Part shown: piece after piece, positions 1 through 9,260 of the stretch
Numbering within the stretch: position 1 is the first letter of the stretch
Layout of the letters: each line of letters begins with the position of its first letter
DNA from: an uncultured Eubacteriales bacterium
Lineage (GTDB): Bacteria; Bacillota; Clostridia; Oscillospirales; Acutalibacteraceae
Direction of reading: 5' to 3'
Length of the DNA stretch: 32,934 nucleotides
Assembly: GCA_934667575.1 (NCBI GenBank)
Contig: CAKUME010000001.1
Span: 1 to 32,934 of the forward strand
Made by a program: the position numbers and the translations under genes
The notes under the pieces: model-generated
What the model was told of the DNA's origin: nothing
The model's input: the letters and a program-made list of their open reading frames with translations, nothing else
Database searches by the model: none

Positions 1-495
1 CATATAGCCCGCGCGCAGCGGCTGCGACAGCGCATCCTTGATGCTCGCGATGATCACATGCGACAGGTTCACGTTTTGGCGAATGGCCTCGAATTTGTGG
101 TAGAACTGGTCGAGCGTGATCGCGAACAGGCTGTCGGATTCCTTGATATAAAACTCAATTTCGCGTTCGCTCGAAAGCGGATGCACCATGTTCGCAATGG
201 CGCCCACCAGGTTCACCGCGTAGAACATGATGACCGTTTGCGGGCAGTTGGGCATGCAGATGGTCACTTTGTCGTTTTCGCGCACGCCAATCGCCTTGAG
301 CGACCGCGCGCACAGCTCCACATCCTGCGCAAATTGCTTATAGGTGGTCTGGCGGCCCATAAAGTCGTAGGCAATAAAATTGGCGTATTTTTCCGCGATC
401 TCCGACACGCGGTCCCACATGGTTCCTTTGGGATAGTCCAGCGTGGGCGGCACGTCGCCGTAGTTGTTCAGCCAGGGTGCATTCGGTTTGCTCAT
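1..495 (-). CDS. AMP-dependent synthetase/ligase (long-chain acyl-CoA synthetase-like); N-terminal 165 codons only, gene runs off the window start
   Basis: Absent from the ORF track because there is no stop in the window. Manual reverse-complement translation from ATG 495-493 gives MSKPNAPWLNNYGDVPPTLDYPKGTMWDRVSEIAEKYANFIAYDFMGRQTTYKQFAQDVELCARSLKAIGVRENDKVTICMPNCPQTVIMFYAVNLVGAIANMVHPLSSEREIEFYIKESDSLFAITL..., open through position 1. The layout is typical of FadD-type ligase N-termini. SD AGGAAGGA lies about 7 nt upstream. Confidence 0.7.
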   Translation of the reverse strand, partial: MSKPNAPWLNNYGDVPPTLDYPKGTMWDRVSEIAEKYANFIAYDFMGRQTTYKQFAQDVELCARSLKAIGVRENDKVTICMPNCPQTVIMFYAVNLVGAIANMVHPLSSEREIEFYIKESDSLFAITLDQFYHKFEAIRQNVNLSHVIIASIKDALSQPLRAGYM

Positions 496-596
496 CGCTT
501 TTTCCTTCCTTTACATCAAAAAAATCACATACCGGGTTCGCCGCGCCGGCCGCAGCGGCGTGCCGGGGCGCGGACCCGTTCAACGGATCCCGGTTT

Positions 597-1487
597 TCAA
601 ACCGACACCGGCTCCTGCGCCATGTCCACTTCTTCCGCGGCGGGGCGGTCGAGCAGGTCGGGGTGGGCAAGCAGATACTTCAGCAGGCGGATGCTCTTGG
701 AGTAGTAGTAGCCGTCGGCAATGCGCTCGTCGATCGTCAGCCCCAGCGGCACCACGTCGTGCTCCTCCGGCGTGCCGGGTTGCACCGTGCGCTTGCGGCC
801 GATGATCACAAAAAAGCTGTTGGTGCCCCAGTTGGTGAGGTGATGGTATTGCGCCTGCATGCCGATGCTGCCCAAATTGGAGATGAACACGCTGGTGTAG
901 TAGGGGTCGATATCCATGAGCGCCTTGGGGTACCAGCCGTGGTAGTCCAGCCAGCGCAGCGTGCGCATCACAAACCGCAGGAGCGGCCGCGGCATTTTGA
1001 GAAAGATGCCCATCTGCGCGGTGGTGCTGTCGGTTTTGACCTCGGTGCGCACCGACTTGACCACCTTGCGCACCTCGCGGTAAATTTGCTCGATCGGCGC
1101 GTCGCCGTTGCGATCCAGCTTAATAATGGCCAGCGCCTCGTCGCCGCCGTCGGCAAATTCCTTTTTTACCACGAACGACAGGCTCACGTCGCGCCGCTCG
1201 TAGTAGCGGTCGCCCGCGTAGAACCGGTTCATTTTGGGGCGCAGCGCCACCGTTTTGGCAATGGCCGCCGCGATCACATGGAAAAATGTGTACTTAAAAT
1301 CGGGATCGTCGGCATTTTTGCGCGCCACATATTCTTCCACCGCCGCGAGGTCGATTTCTTCGCTCATCATCGCTTCGTTGTCCGTGCGTTTCGGCATAAT
1401 ATAGGGCAAAAAGGTGTGCATAATGTCGGCATCGCGCACCCACACGCCGTCCCGCCGGTCGCCGCGGCGAATTTTTTCTTTCATGGT
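597..1487 (-). CDS. Stand-alone 2-oxoacid dehydrogenase E2/CAT-like acyltransferase catalytic-domain protein (no lipoyl or E3-binding domain)
   Basis: ORF 597..1541 trimmed to ATG 1487 (MKEKIRRGD...), preceded by GGAAAGCAGGGAAG. The C-terminal region ...VVPLGLTIDERIADGYYYSKSIRLL... matches the DHRxxDG active-site block of the E2/CAT fold, but with Glu in place of His. Confidence 0.65.
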   Translation of the reverse strand, partial: TMKEKIRRGDRRDGVWVRDADIMHTFLPYIMPKRTDNEAMMSEEIDLAAVEEYVARKNADDPDFKYTFFHVIAAAIAKTVALRPKMNRFYAGDRYYERRDVSLSFVVKKEFADGGDEALAIIKLDRNGDAPIEQIYREVRKVVKSVRTEVKTDSTTAQMGIFLKMPRPLLRFVMRTLRWLDYHGWYPKALMDIDPYYTSVFISNLGSIGMQAQYHHLTNWGTNSFFVIIGRKRTVQPGTPEEHDVVPLGLTIDERIADGYYYSKSIRLLKYLLAHPDLLDRPAAEEVDMAQEPVSV

Positions 1488-1548
1488 CTTCCCTGCTTTC
1501 CTCAAATGCATCTCTCTTTCCTGCGGGCCACGCCCGCACACAATCTAT

Positions 1549-1577
1549 AGTATATCGGTTTTTTCGGCGTTTGTCAA
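1549..1577 (-). promoter_or_regulatory. Putative sigma-A promoter of the acyltransferase/ligase operon
   Basis: Minus strand TTGACA (1577-1572), 17-nt spacer, TATACT (1554-1549). The 5' UTR contains the hairpin TGCGGGC-gtg-GCCCGCA. Confidence 0.5.
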
Positions 1578-1660
1578 TCTTTCTGTCGTTTTCACGCACC
1601 CCCACCGCAAAAAAGCCGAACGAACGCCAAAAATCGCGCGGCGCGGCAAAAAATAGGCGC

Positions 1661-1689
1661 AAAAAAAGGAATGCGCCGCCGCACATTCC
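1661..1689 (-). terminator. Intrinsic terminator downstream of fsa
   Basis: On the minus strand, GGAATG-N10-CATTCC hairpin followed by T7 (A-run 1661-1667 on the plus strand), 57 nt after the fsa stop. The flanking T-rich run on the plus side gives it a bidirectional look. Confidence 0.55.
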
Positions 1690-1745
1690 TTTTCTTTCCG
1701 TTCGGTTTTCCGCCGTGTAACCGCCAAGCGGCCGAACCCGTTTGC

Positions 1746-2405
1746 TCACACCGACTTCATGCCGGCTACGGCCCAGTCTTTGGCAAAGCGTTCGAGTCCG
1801 TTGTCCGTCAGCGGATGCTTGAGCATCTGCATCAGCACCTTGTAGGGGATGGTGGCAATGTCGGCGCCCGCCTTGGCCGCCTCCACCGCATGCAGCGGCC
1901 CGCGCACGCTTGCCGCGATGATCTGCGTGGAAATGCCGTGCATCCGAAAAATTTCGGCAATTTCAGCCACAAGCGCCGCGCCGTTTTCGCCAATGTCGTC
2001 CAGCCGCCCCATGAACGGGCTCACATAGGTCGCGCCCGCGCGCGCCGCCAGCAGCGCCTGCGCCGCCGAAAACACCAGCGTAACGTTTGTGTGAAAACCC
2101 TCCGCCGACAAAATTTTCACCGCGCGCAGGCCCTCGCCCGTCATCGGAATTTTGATCGTGAGCCGATCGTCGGGGAGCTGCGCGCGCAGCGCACGCGCCT
2201 CGCGCACCATGCCGGCGGCGTCGGTGCTCACCACCTCGGCGCTCACCGGCCCGTCCACGATCGTTAAAATTTCGCGCACGACCTCCACAAAGTCGCGCCC
2301 CTCGCGCGCCACCAGCGACGGGTTGGTCGTTACCCCGCTGACAAAGCCCATCTCGTTTGCCGCCCGAATCTCGTCCACGTTTGCCGTATCAATAAAAATC
2401 CGCAT
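1746..2405 (-). CDS. fsa: Fructose-6-phosphate aldolase / transaldolase, family 3B
   Basis: [39 protein letters not shown]... is the classical short transaldolase/Fsa N-terminus. The second ATG (2405) has a 9-nt spacing from GGGAG, whereas ATG 2411 is only 3 nt from it. Fsa and TalC activity cannot be distinguished from sequence alone. Confidence 0.85.
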   Translation of the reverse strand: MRIFIDTANVDEIRAANEMGFVSGVTTNPSLVAREGRDFVEVVREILTIVDGPVSAEVVSTDAAGMVREARALRAQLPDDRLTIKIPMTGEGLRAVKILSAEGFHTNVTLVFSAAQALLAARAGATYVSPFMGRLDDIGENGAALVAEIAEIFRMHGISTQIIAASVRGPLHAVEAAKAGADIATIPYKVLMQMLKHPLTDNGLERFAKDWAVAGMKSV

Positions 2406-2450
2406 GCCCATCGTCTCCCTGTTGAAGTTTTCTGATTCTTATTATAGCAA

Positions 2451-2476
2451 ATGCGCCGAAAATTACTTCGGCGCAT
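2451..2476 (-). terminator. Strong hairpin after pyrG (probable terminator with a weak U-tail)
   Basis: Perfect 10-bp stem ATGCGCCGAA / TTCGGCGCAT with a 6-nt loop, 65 nt after the pyrG stop. The minus-strand tail is TTGCTATAAT, which is U-poor, so confidence is moderate. Confidence 0.4.
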
Positions 2477-2540
2477 TTTGGCGATTTATTGCGTAATTTT
2501 AGATTCCGGGCGAAAAATCCAAGTTTTAAAGCGCTGCGGC

Positions 2541-4240
<1,700 letters not shown>

Positions 4241-4281
4241 TATCCATGCGGTGCCTTTGCCCAACATTCCGCCTGCGTGCC

Positions 4282-4866
4282 TCAGCTGCCGTAGATGCGA
4301 ATCACGTTTTTGGCCACCTCGGTGCGCTTCACGCAGCGATCCATCGCGCTTTTTTCAAGGTAGCGGTGCGCTTCCGGCTCCGTCATCTGCAAATGCTGCA
4401 TCAGCAGCAGCTTGGCGCGGTTCACCAGCCGAATTTCTTCCATTTTGGTTTGCAGATCGAGCGCCTTTTCCTCGTAGCTGCGCAGCCGCGCGCGCGTGGC
4501 AACCAGCAGCTTCACCGACTGAAACACCGCCTGCCGGCTGCACGGCCGCGCCATGGTGAGCACGCCGTATTCCTCCACCTTTTCCGACACCTGATCATAC
4601 AGCTCCGCGCGCACAAACAGCAGCACGCCGCGCCCGTCGTGCGCCGCATCCAACGCCAGCGCCACGCCGCTGCCGTCGCGCAGCGGCGCGTTGATCAGCA
4701 CCAGATCGGCGCTGCGATCCACCAAAAAGCGCTGCGCTTCGCCCACCGAGCCCACCGCGTTCACCGGCGAAAACAAACTGGGCGGCAGCAGCTCCGTGAG
4801 ATACCGCGTGGCCTGCTCGGAGGATGAAACGATCAACACGCTGCTTGCCGCTTTGGGTGTATACAC
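4282..4866 (-). CDS. ANTAR-domain RNA-binding regulator with a degenerate (pseudo-)receiver domain
   Basis: GTG start 4866 lies 9 nt after GGGAGG. The C-terminus ...EEIRLVNRAKLLLMQHLQMTEPEAHRYLEKSAMDRCVKRTEVAKNVI fits the ANTAR three-helix pattern. The N-terminal REC-like fold lacks the acidic pocket (VLIVSSSEQ; DLVLIN with Asn59 at the acceptor position). Confidence 0.85.
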   Translation of the reverse strand: MYTPKAASSVLIVSSSEQATRYLTELLPPSLFSPVNAVGSVGEAQRFLVDRSADLVLINAPLRDGSGVALALDAAHDGRGVLLFVRAELYDQVSEKVEEYGVLTMARPCSRQAVFQSVKLLVATRARLRSYEEKALDLQTKMEEIRLVNRAKLLLMQHLQMTEPEAHRYLEKSAMDRCVKRTEVAKNVIRIYGS

Positions 4867-4904
4867 GATGCCGCACCTCCCCGTTGTTCATAAAATGAAA
4901 GGAC

Positions 4905-6086
4905 TCACTCGGCCCAAAACTCCGGCATGGCCGCGCGCATGAACGCGCTGTTTTTCGCGATCGCACGCGCCTCGTCGAGCGTTTCGGGCAGGCGCTCCAG
5001 CCCGGCCGTGACCTCGGCGGGCGCGTCGAACAAATTGCAGTCCGTTTCGGGCGGCCGCGTCAGCCCGCGCGCAATGCCGTCCATGCCCGCGCGCAGAATC
5101 AGCAGGTGCGCAAGGTAGGGGTTGGCGCCGGGGTCGGGCGAGCGCAGCTCCATGCGCCGAAACTCGCCGTCCGCCGCGGGAATGCGCACCAGCTGCGACC
5201 GGTTTTCGTGCGACCAGCTCACAAAACGCGGTGCCTTGTGCTCGCCCAGCCGCCGGTAGGAATCCGCCGTGGGGTTCAGCACGGCCGTCATTTCACGCGC
5301 ATGCATCAGCACCCCCGCCAAAAACGCGTTGGCGCTGCCGCCGTGCACCGAAAAATTGATGTGCATGCCGCTGCCGCTCTTGCCGGGCACCGGCTTGGGC
5401 GAAAAATCGGCGTGCAGGCCGCTGCGCCGCGCAATGGTGCGCACCACCGACTTAAACGTGACCGCGTTGTCCGCCGCCGTGAGCGCGTCGCTGTATCGGT
5501 AATCGATCTCGTTTTGGCCGGGGCCTTCCTCGTGGTGCGAGCTTTCGGGCTGAATGTTCATCTCGCGCAGCGCCATGCAGATTTCGCGGCGCACGTTTTC
5601 GCCGCGATCCTCGGGCGCAATGTCCATGTAGCCCGCTTCGTCAAACGGTTCCAGCGTGGGCGCACCGCGCTCGTCGGTGTTGAACAAATAAAATTCAAAT
5701 TCCTCGCCAAACCGGCACGACACCCCGCGCTCCGCCGCGTCGGCGATCGCGCGCTTGAGCATCTGGCGGCAGTCGAACGCAAACGGCGCGCCGTCGGGCG
5801 TGCGAATGTCGCAGAACATGCGCGCCACGCGCCCGTGCGACGGCCGCCACGGCAAAATGGCCAGCGTGGCCGAATCCGGGTGCAAAAACAGATCCGACTT
5901 CACGCGCCGCCCGAATCCGCTGATCGCCGATCCGTCGAACGACACGCCATAGGTAAACGCGCGCGGCAGCTCTGCGGGCATGATCGAAATGTTTTTCTGC
6001 GTGCCGCTCGTGTCGCAGAACGCCAGCCGAATAAACTGAACGTCCTCCTCCTCCACGAAGGTGCGCACCTCATCCAGGGAATACAT
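4905..6086 (-). CDS. glnA: Glutamine synthetase, type I-like (short, 393 aa)
   Basis: ORF 4905..6206 trimmed to ATG 6086 (MYSLDEVRTF...), 7 nt after GGGAGGAAA. GS motifs are present: FDGSAISGF, KPVPGKSGSGMHINFS, NPTADSYRRL, ENRSQLVRIP, MELRSPDPGANPYL. Confidence 0.9.
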   Translation of the reverse strand: MYSLDEVRTFVEEEDVQFIRLAFCDTSGTQKNISIMPAELPRAFTYGVSFDGSAISGFGRRVKSDLFLHPDSATLAILPWRPSHGRVARMFCDIRTPDGAPFAFDCRQMLKRAIADAAERGVSCRFGEEFEFYLFNTDERGAPTLEPFDEAGYMDIAPEDRGENVRREICMALREMNIQPESSHHEEGPGQNEIDYRYSDALTAADNAVTFKSVVRTIARRSGLHADFSPKPVPGKSGSGMHINFSVHGGSANAFLAGVLMHAREMTAVLNPTADSYRRLGEHKAPRFVSWSHENRSQLVRIPAADGEFRRMELRSPDPGANPYLAHLLILRAGMDGIARGLTRPPETDCNLFDAPAEVTAGLERLPETLDEARAIAKNSAFMRAAMPEFWAE

Positions 6087-6155
6087 ATCATTTCCTCCCA
6101 TCGTGAAATTGTTACAATATATATTGGGGCGGTGCGGCAGGGAGCCCCCATAACC

Positions 6156-6214
6156 GGAAAAAGGCGTTCCGGTGATCAGAGGGAAAAAACTCCCCGCGAA
6201 CACCAATGAACGCC
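6156..6214 (-). terminator. Terminator-like structured element in the glnA 5' leader (putative attenuator)
   Basis: In the leader RNA, GGCGUUC (6214-6208) pairs with GAACGCC (6169-6163). Inner helices are GGUG/CACC and GGG/CCC. The structure is followed directly by UUUUU (6162-6158), about 70 nt before the SD. Confidence 0.4.
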
Positions 6215-6239
6215 TTTGCTCACTGATTCACATTTTGTA

Positions 6240-6268
6240 ATTATACCGCGAAATCGCGCGTTTGTCAA
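6240..6268 (-). promoter_or_regulatory. Consensus sigma-A promoter of glnA
   Basis: Minus strand TTGACA (6268-6263), exactly 17 nt, TATAAT (6245-6240). It gives a leader of about 145 nt. Confidence 0.6.
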
Positions 6269-6312
6269 TTCCCGCGCCCAAAAAATCCGGACGGATTTTG
6301 CGGCGCCCGCGC

Positions 6313-7173
6313 TCAGTTGGGCTGCGCACGATACGGCAGCGCCAGGTCGCCGGTGGACACCGCCGTTTGCATCGTTTTGTCGCGCGCGCTGCGCACCGTG
6401 AACGAAACGCGCAGCAGCGCCGTGGTGTCCGCCGCCGTGCCGTCGCCCTCATAAACCGGGACAAATCTCATCCAAAAGCGGTCGCCCGAATCGTCCGTGC
6501 CGCGGTTCTCCGCCAAAAAGCCCGCGGTCAGCGCTTCGCCCGCCGCAAAGGTGCGCTCCGGCAGTCCGAAACCGCCGCTGCGCGTTGTTTTTTCCGTTTG
6601 GGGTGTCATCGCCGCCAGCGCCTCCGACCGCTGTGCGTCCGACCGCCGCTGCAGTGCCTGCGCATCCGCCGCCTGCAGCAGCCCCACCTTCAGCGAATCC
6701 GACCGCGCGCCGCTTTGCTGCACCGCAATGTCATGGTCCACCTGCGTCAAAACGGTATGCGCGCCCGCCGCCAGGCGAATGTCTACATCGCCGTAGCGGA
6801 ACGGGGTCTGCCCGTGCAGCGTTTCGCCCGCATATTCGACCATTTCCGCCACCTGAAAACAAACGGTCCACGCGCCGGGGGACGAATTGACATTCGAATA
6901 GGAATACACCACATACGGCAGCGAATAGGCGCGCACGGGCTGACCGTCGAGCGTGCCCTCCGCCGTGTACACGACCGGGCCGGTCCACACCCGGGTGCGG
7001 AGGTCCGGCGTGTCCTGCGGCACGTTCAGCCGTTCGAGCAGCTCCGGCGTGACCGCCGTTTCGCCGGTTTGAAGCGGCACGCGGCTCAGCTTGTGCCCGG
7101 CCGCGCCGCCGCACCCGGGCAGCAAAATCAGGCCACACAGAACAAGGAATGCGCAGATCCAGCGTTTTTTCAT
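6313..7173 (-). CDS. Lipoprotein of unknown function
   Basis: The signal peptide plus lipobox is MKKRWICAFLVLCGLILLPG|C. SD GGAGGAGCAAACCC precedes the ATG. I recognise no catalytic or domain motif in the mature part. Confidence 0.75.
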   Translation of the reverse strand: MKKRWICAFLVLCGLILLPGCGGAAGHKLSRVPLQTGETAVTPELLERLNVPQDTPDLRTRVWTGPVVYTAEGTLDGQPVRAYSLPYVVYSYSNVNSSPGAWTVCFQVAEMVEYAGETLHGQTPFRYGDVDIRLAAGAHTVLTQVDHDIAVQQSGARSDSLKVGLLQAADAQALQRRSDAQRSEALAAMTPQTEKTTRSGGFGLPERTFAAGEALTAGFLAENRGTDDSGDRFWMRFVPVYEGDGTAADTTALLRVSFTVRSARDKTMQTAVSTGDLALPYRAQPN

Positions 7174-7263
7174 GGGTTTGCTCCTCCGATCGTCCGTTTT
7201 TATATCGCCGCACCCGAATGTGCCTCCGCGCTGCGGCGCTGGGGGTTAGCGTTTTTCATTTTT

Positions 7264-7292
7264 ATTGTACCAAAATCCGCGCAAATTTTCAA
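7264..7292 (-). promoter_or_regulatory. Putative promoter of the lipoprotein gene
   Basis: Minus strand TTGAAA (7292-7287), 17 nt, TACAAT (7269-7264), with an extended -10 TGg. Confidence 0.5.
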
Positions 7293-7370
7293 TATACGGA
7301 ATATCCAATCTTTCCGATTGCATGGTCATTTTGCACCGTTGTTTTGCCCATAATCCGGAAAACGTGCAGC

Positions 7371-7410
7371 AAAATGCGGCGGCTCCCGCGCGAATTGGGG
7401 GAGCTGCCGC
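7371..7410 (-). terminator. Intrinsic terminator after the nucleoside hydrolase gene
   Basis: On the minus strand, GCGGC-A-GCTCCC / GGGAGC-C-GCCGC forms 11 bp with one mismatch and an 11-nt loop, followed by ATTTTG. It begins 27 nt after the stop codon. Confidence 0.5.
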
Positions 7411-7436
7411 ATGGTTGGTCGGTTTGCGCCGCGCGC

Positions 7437-8360
7437 TTATTCCGCACCGCCCAGCCGACGGAACATATCCGTGGCGAGCGCGTCGCGGTGGATGTCGGTC
7501 ACATAGCGAATCAACGGCCGATCCGGGTCGTAGCCGTAGTGATGGTCGTATTCGGGAATGGGCGCGGGGATCAGCCGGCTTTGCATAAACCGGTTTTCAT
7601 CGTTCATCAGCCACGCCGCGGCCGTCATGTCCCAAATCACGCGCGTCCATGCGGTGCCCGCCGCATATCCTTTCACCTCGTCCACCGTGTGCGTGCACAG
7701 GTAGTCCGCCAGCGGATTTTTGCCGCGCAGCCAGTGCTCCAGCTCCACACCCGACACCGTGAAGTGATCCACCACGCCGCAGCAGGGCAGCTGCACCAGC
7801 GGCGCGCCGCAGCCAAACACCACCCGCGCCGCGGCCACGTCCTGCTGCATATTGAATTCCGCCGTGTTGGGCCAATGCGTGGCGTGGCCGCCCAGCCACA
7901 CGATCACAATGTTTTCCGCCAGCGCGGGCTCCATCAGCAGCGCCGACGCCACATTGGTGATGGCGCCGATGGCCACCACATAAAGCGGGCGCGCGGGGCG
8001 GTATTCCGCTCCGAGCGCGACCAGCCGCCGGGCCGCCGGGGAATCCACCGGCGTGCGCTCGTCCGGCAGATAGCCGCGCGAGCCCTCAAACACCTCGGGC
8101 AGCAGGTCGCCGCGCCCCGCCAGCGTGAGCAGATTGCGAATTTCGGCCGCGCTTTTTACCATGCCGTCCTCCGGCGAGGTGGAATGCCCGTTCAAAAACG
8201 GCGCGGCGCAAATGGCGCGCAGCCGCACCTTTTCGCCGCAGTGCAGCAAATAGCTCAGCGCAAATTGGTCGTCGATCTCGTTGTAGGCGTCGGTGTCGAG
8301 CACCGCGTCCACCGGCCCCGTGGGCGGCAGCATGTTTTGCATCCGCTGTTCCTCTGTCAT
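7437..8360 (-). CDS. Inosine/uridine-preferring nucleoside hydrolase family-like protein
   Basis: The N-terminal Asp cluster VLDTDAYNEIDDQFAL is a DxD...DD block resembling the IUNH DxDxxxDD motif, but with 5 intervening residues instead of 3. SD GGAGGAAA lies upstream of ATG 8360. Confidence 0.75.
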   Translation of the reverse strand: MTEEQRMQNMLPPTGPVDAVLDTDAYNEIDDQFALSYLLHCGEKVRLRAICAAPFLNGHSTSPEDGMVKSAAEIRNLLTLAGRGDLLPEVFEGSRGYLPDERTPVDSPAARRLVALGAEYRPARPLYVVAIGAITNVASALLMEPALAENIVIVWLGGHATHWPNTAEFNMQQDVAAARVVFGCGAPLVQLPCCGVVDHFTVSGVELEHWLRGKNPLADYLCTHTVDEVKGYAAGTAWTRVIWDMTAAAWLMNDENRFMQSRLIPAPIPEYDHHYGYDPDRPLIRYVTDIHRDALATDMFRRLGGAE

Positions 8361-8416
8361 GATCGTTTCCTCCTGCTTTTCAAAAGTTTTGGCTTTTCCT
8401 GCAAAAAGTATCGCAT

Positions 8417-8428
8417 TTTTCGCGAAAA
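8417..8428. promoter_or_regulatory. Perfect 12-bp palindrome in a divergent promoter region (candidate operator)
   Basis: TTTTCGCGAAAA is its own reverse complement. It sits between the hydrolase (-) and AraC (+) genes, just upstream of a TGcTATGAT extended -10. Confidence 0.3.
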
Positions 8429-8498
8429 TGTGCTATGATAAATGCCACGGTTCTTTGTATCAATCGGTTTTTTATTGAAAGACAGGGAGGAATACGGC

Positions 8499-9260
8499 AT
8501 GACGCTGCCCACGCTTTCCACCGCCTGGCAGACGACCCACCCCGCCGGCACGCACATTGCGCCCCACACGCACGACTGCTGGGAGCTGGTCTGCTACCGC
8601 ACCGGCGACGGCGACACCCAAATCGACGGCCGCCGCGGCACGATCGCCCCGCACACCTTTGCGCTCAATCCGCCCCATGCCCGCCACGACGAAACGCACC
8701 GCGCGCCCTGCACGCTGATCTGCGTCACGTTTGCCGACGAAGCCTGCGCGCTCGCGCCGGGGGTGTGGCCCGACGACGCCGGCGAAGTGGCCGCGCTCGC
8801 GCAGCGCCTGCTCGTGGAATGCCGCGATCAGCGCCCCGGCTACCGCCGCATGACGCAGCTGCTGCTCGCCGCGCTCGAAATTGCGGCGTGCCGCGCCCAA
8901 ACAACGCCCGGCCGCGTGCGGCGGCCGCGCAATCTGCGGTTTGCCGTGCGGTTTATCGACGAAAACTACGGCCGCCGGATCCGAATTTCGGACCTGGCGG
9001 CCGCCTATGGCTACGGGTACGACTATTTTCAGCACAGCTTTCGCGCCGCCGTGGGCTGTTCGCCGCAGCAATATTTGCAGCGCGTGCGGCTGGCCGCGGC
9101 CGCCGAGCGCCTGCGCCAAACCGCCGACTCCTGCACGCAGATCGCGCTGGACTGCGGTTTTTACGACAGCGCGCAGTTTTCGGCGCAGTTTCGCGCCGCC
9201 ATGGGCTGCACGCCCACGGCCTATCGCGCCGCGCACCGTGCCGCGCCGCCGGTCAAATAA
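8499..9260 (+). CDS. AraC family transcriptional regulator (cupin sensor plus HTH)
   Basis: ORF 8442..9260 trimmed to ATG 8499, 6 nt after AGGGAGGAA. It has a cupin-like N-terminus (HTHDCWELVCYRTGDG) and an AraC HTH C-terminus (...GCSPQQYLQRVRL...IALDCGFYDSAQFSAQFRAAMGCTPTAYR). Confidence 0.85.
   Translation: MTLPTLSTAWQTTHPAGTHIAPHTHDCWELVCYRTGDGDTQIDGRRGTIAPHTFALNPPHARHDETHRAPCTLICVTFADEACALAPGVWPDDAGEVAALAQRLLVECRDQRPGYRRMTQLLLAALEIAACRAQTTPGRVRRPRNLRFAVRFIDENYGRRIRISDLAAAYGYGYDYFQHSFRAAVGCSPQQYLQRVRLAAAAERLRQTADSCTQIALDCGFYDSAQFSAQFRAAMGCTPTAYRAAHRAAPPVK

Noticed and set aside
58-705. Plus-strand 215-aa ORF at the window start.
   Set aside because: It is antisense to a hand-translated, motif-bearing acyl-CoA ligase N-terminus (1..495, minus strand) and to the end of the acyltransferase gene. 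Its sequence is low-complexity.
6156-6214. Glutamine (glnA-motif) riboswitch in the glnA leader. The closing helix GGCGUUCA...GGAACGCC superficially resembles the CGUUCA...GGAACG P1 of that class.
   Set aside because: I do not see the conserved internal GGAAGUAGG-like core. That class is known from cyanobacteria and marine metagenomes rather than Firmicutes. The resemblance is limited to a short helix. A covariance-model scan would settle it.
6217-6232. GlnR/TnrA box (TGTNA-N7-TNACA) at the glnA promoter: TGTGAATCAGTGAGCA.
   Set aside because: Only the left half-site matches. The right half (AGCAA) misses 3 of the 4 specified positions.
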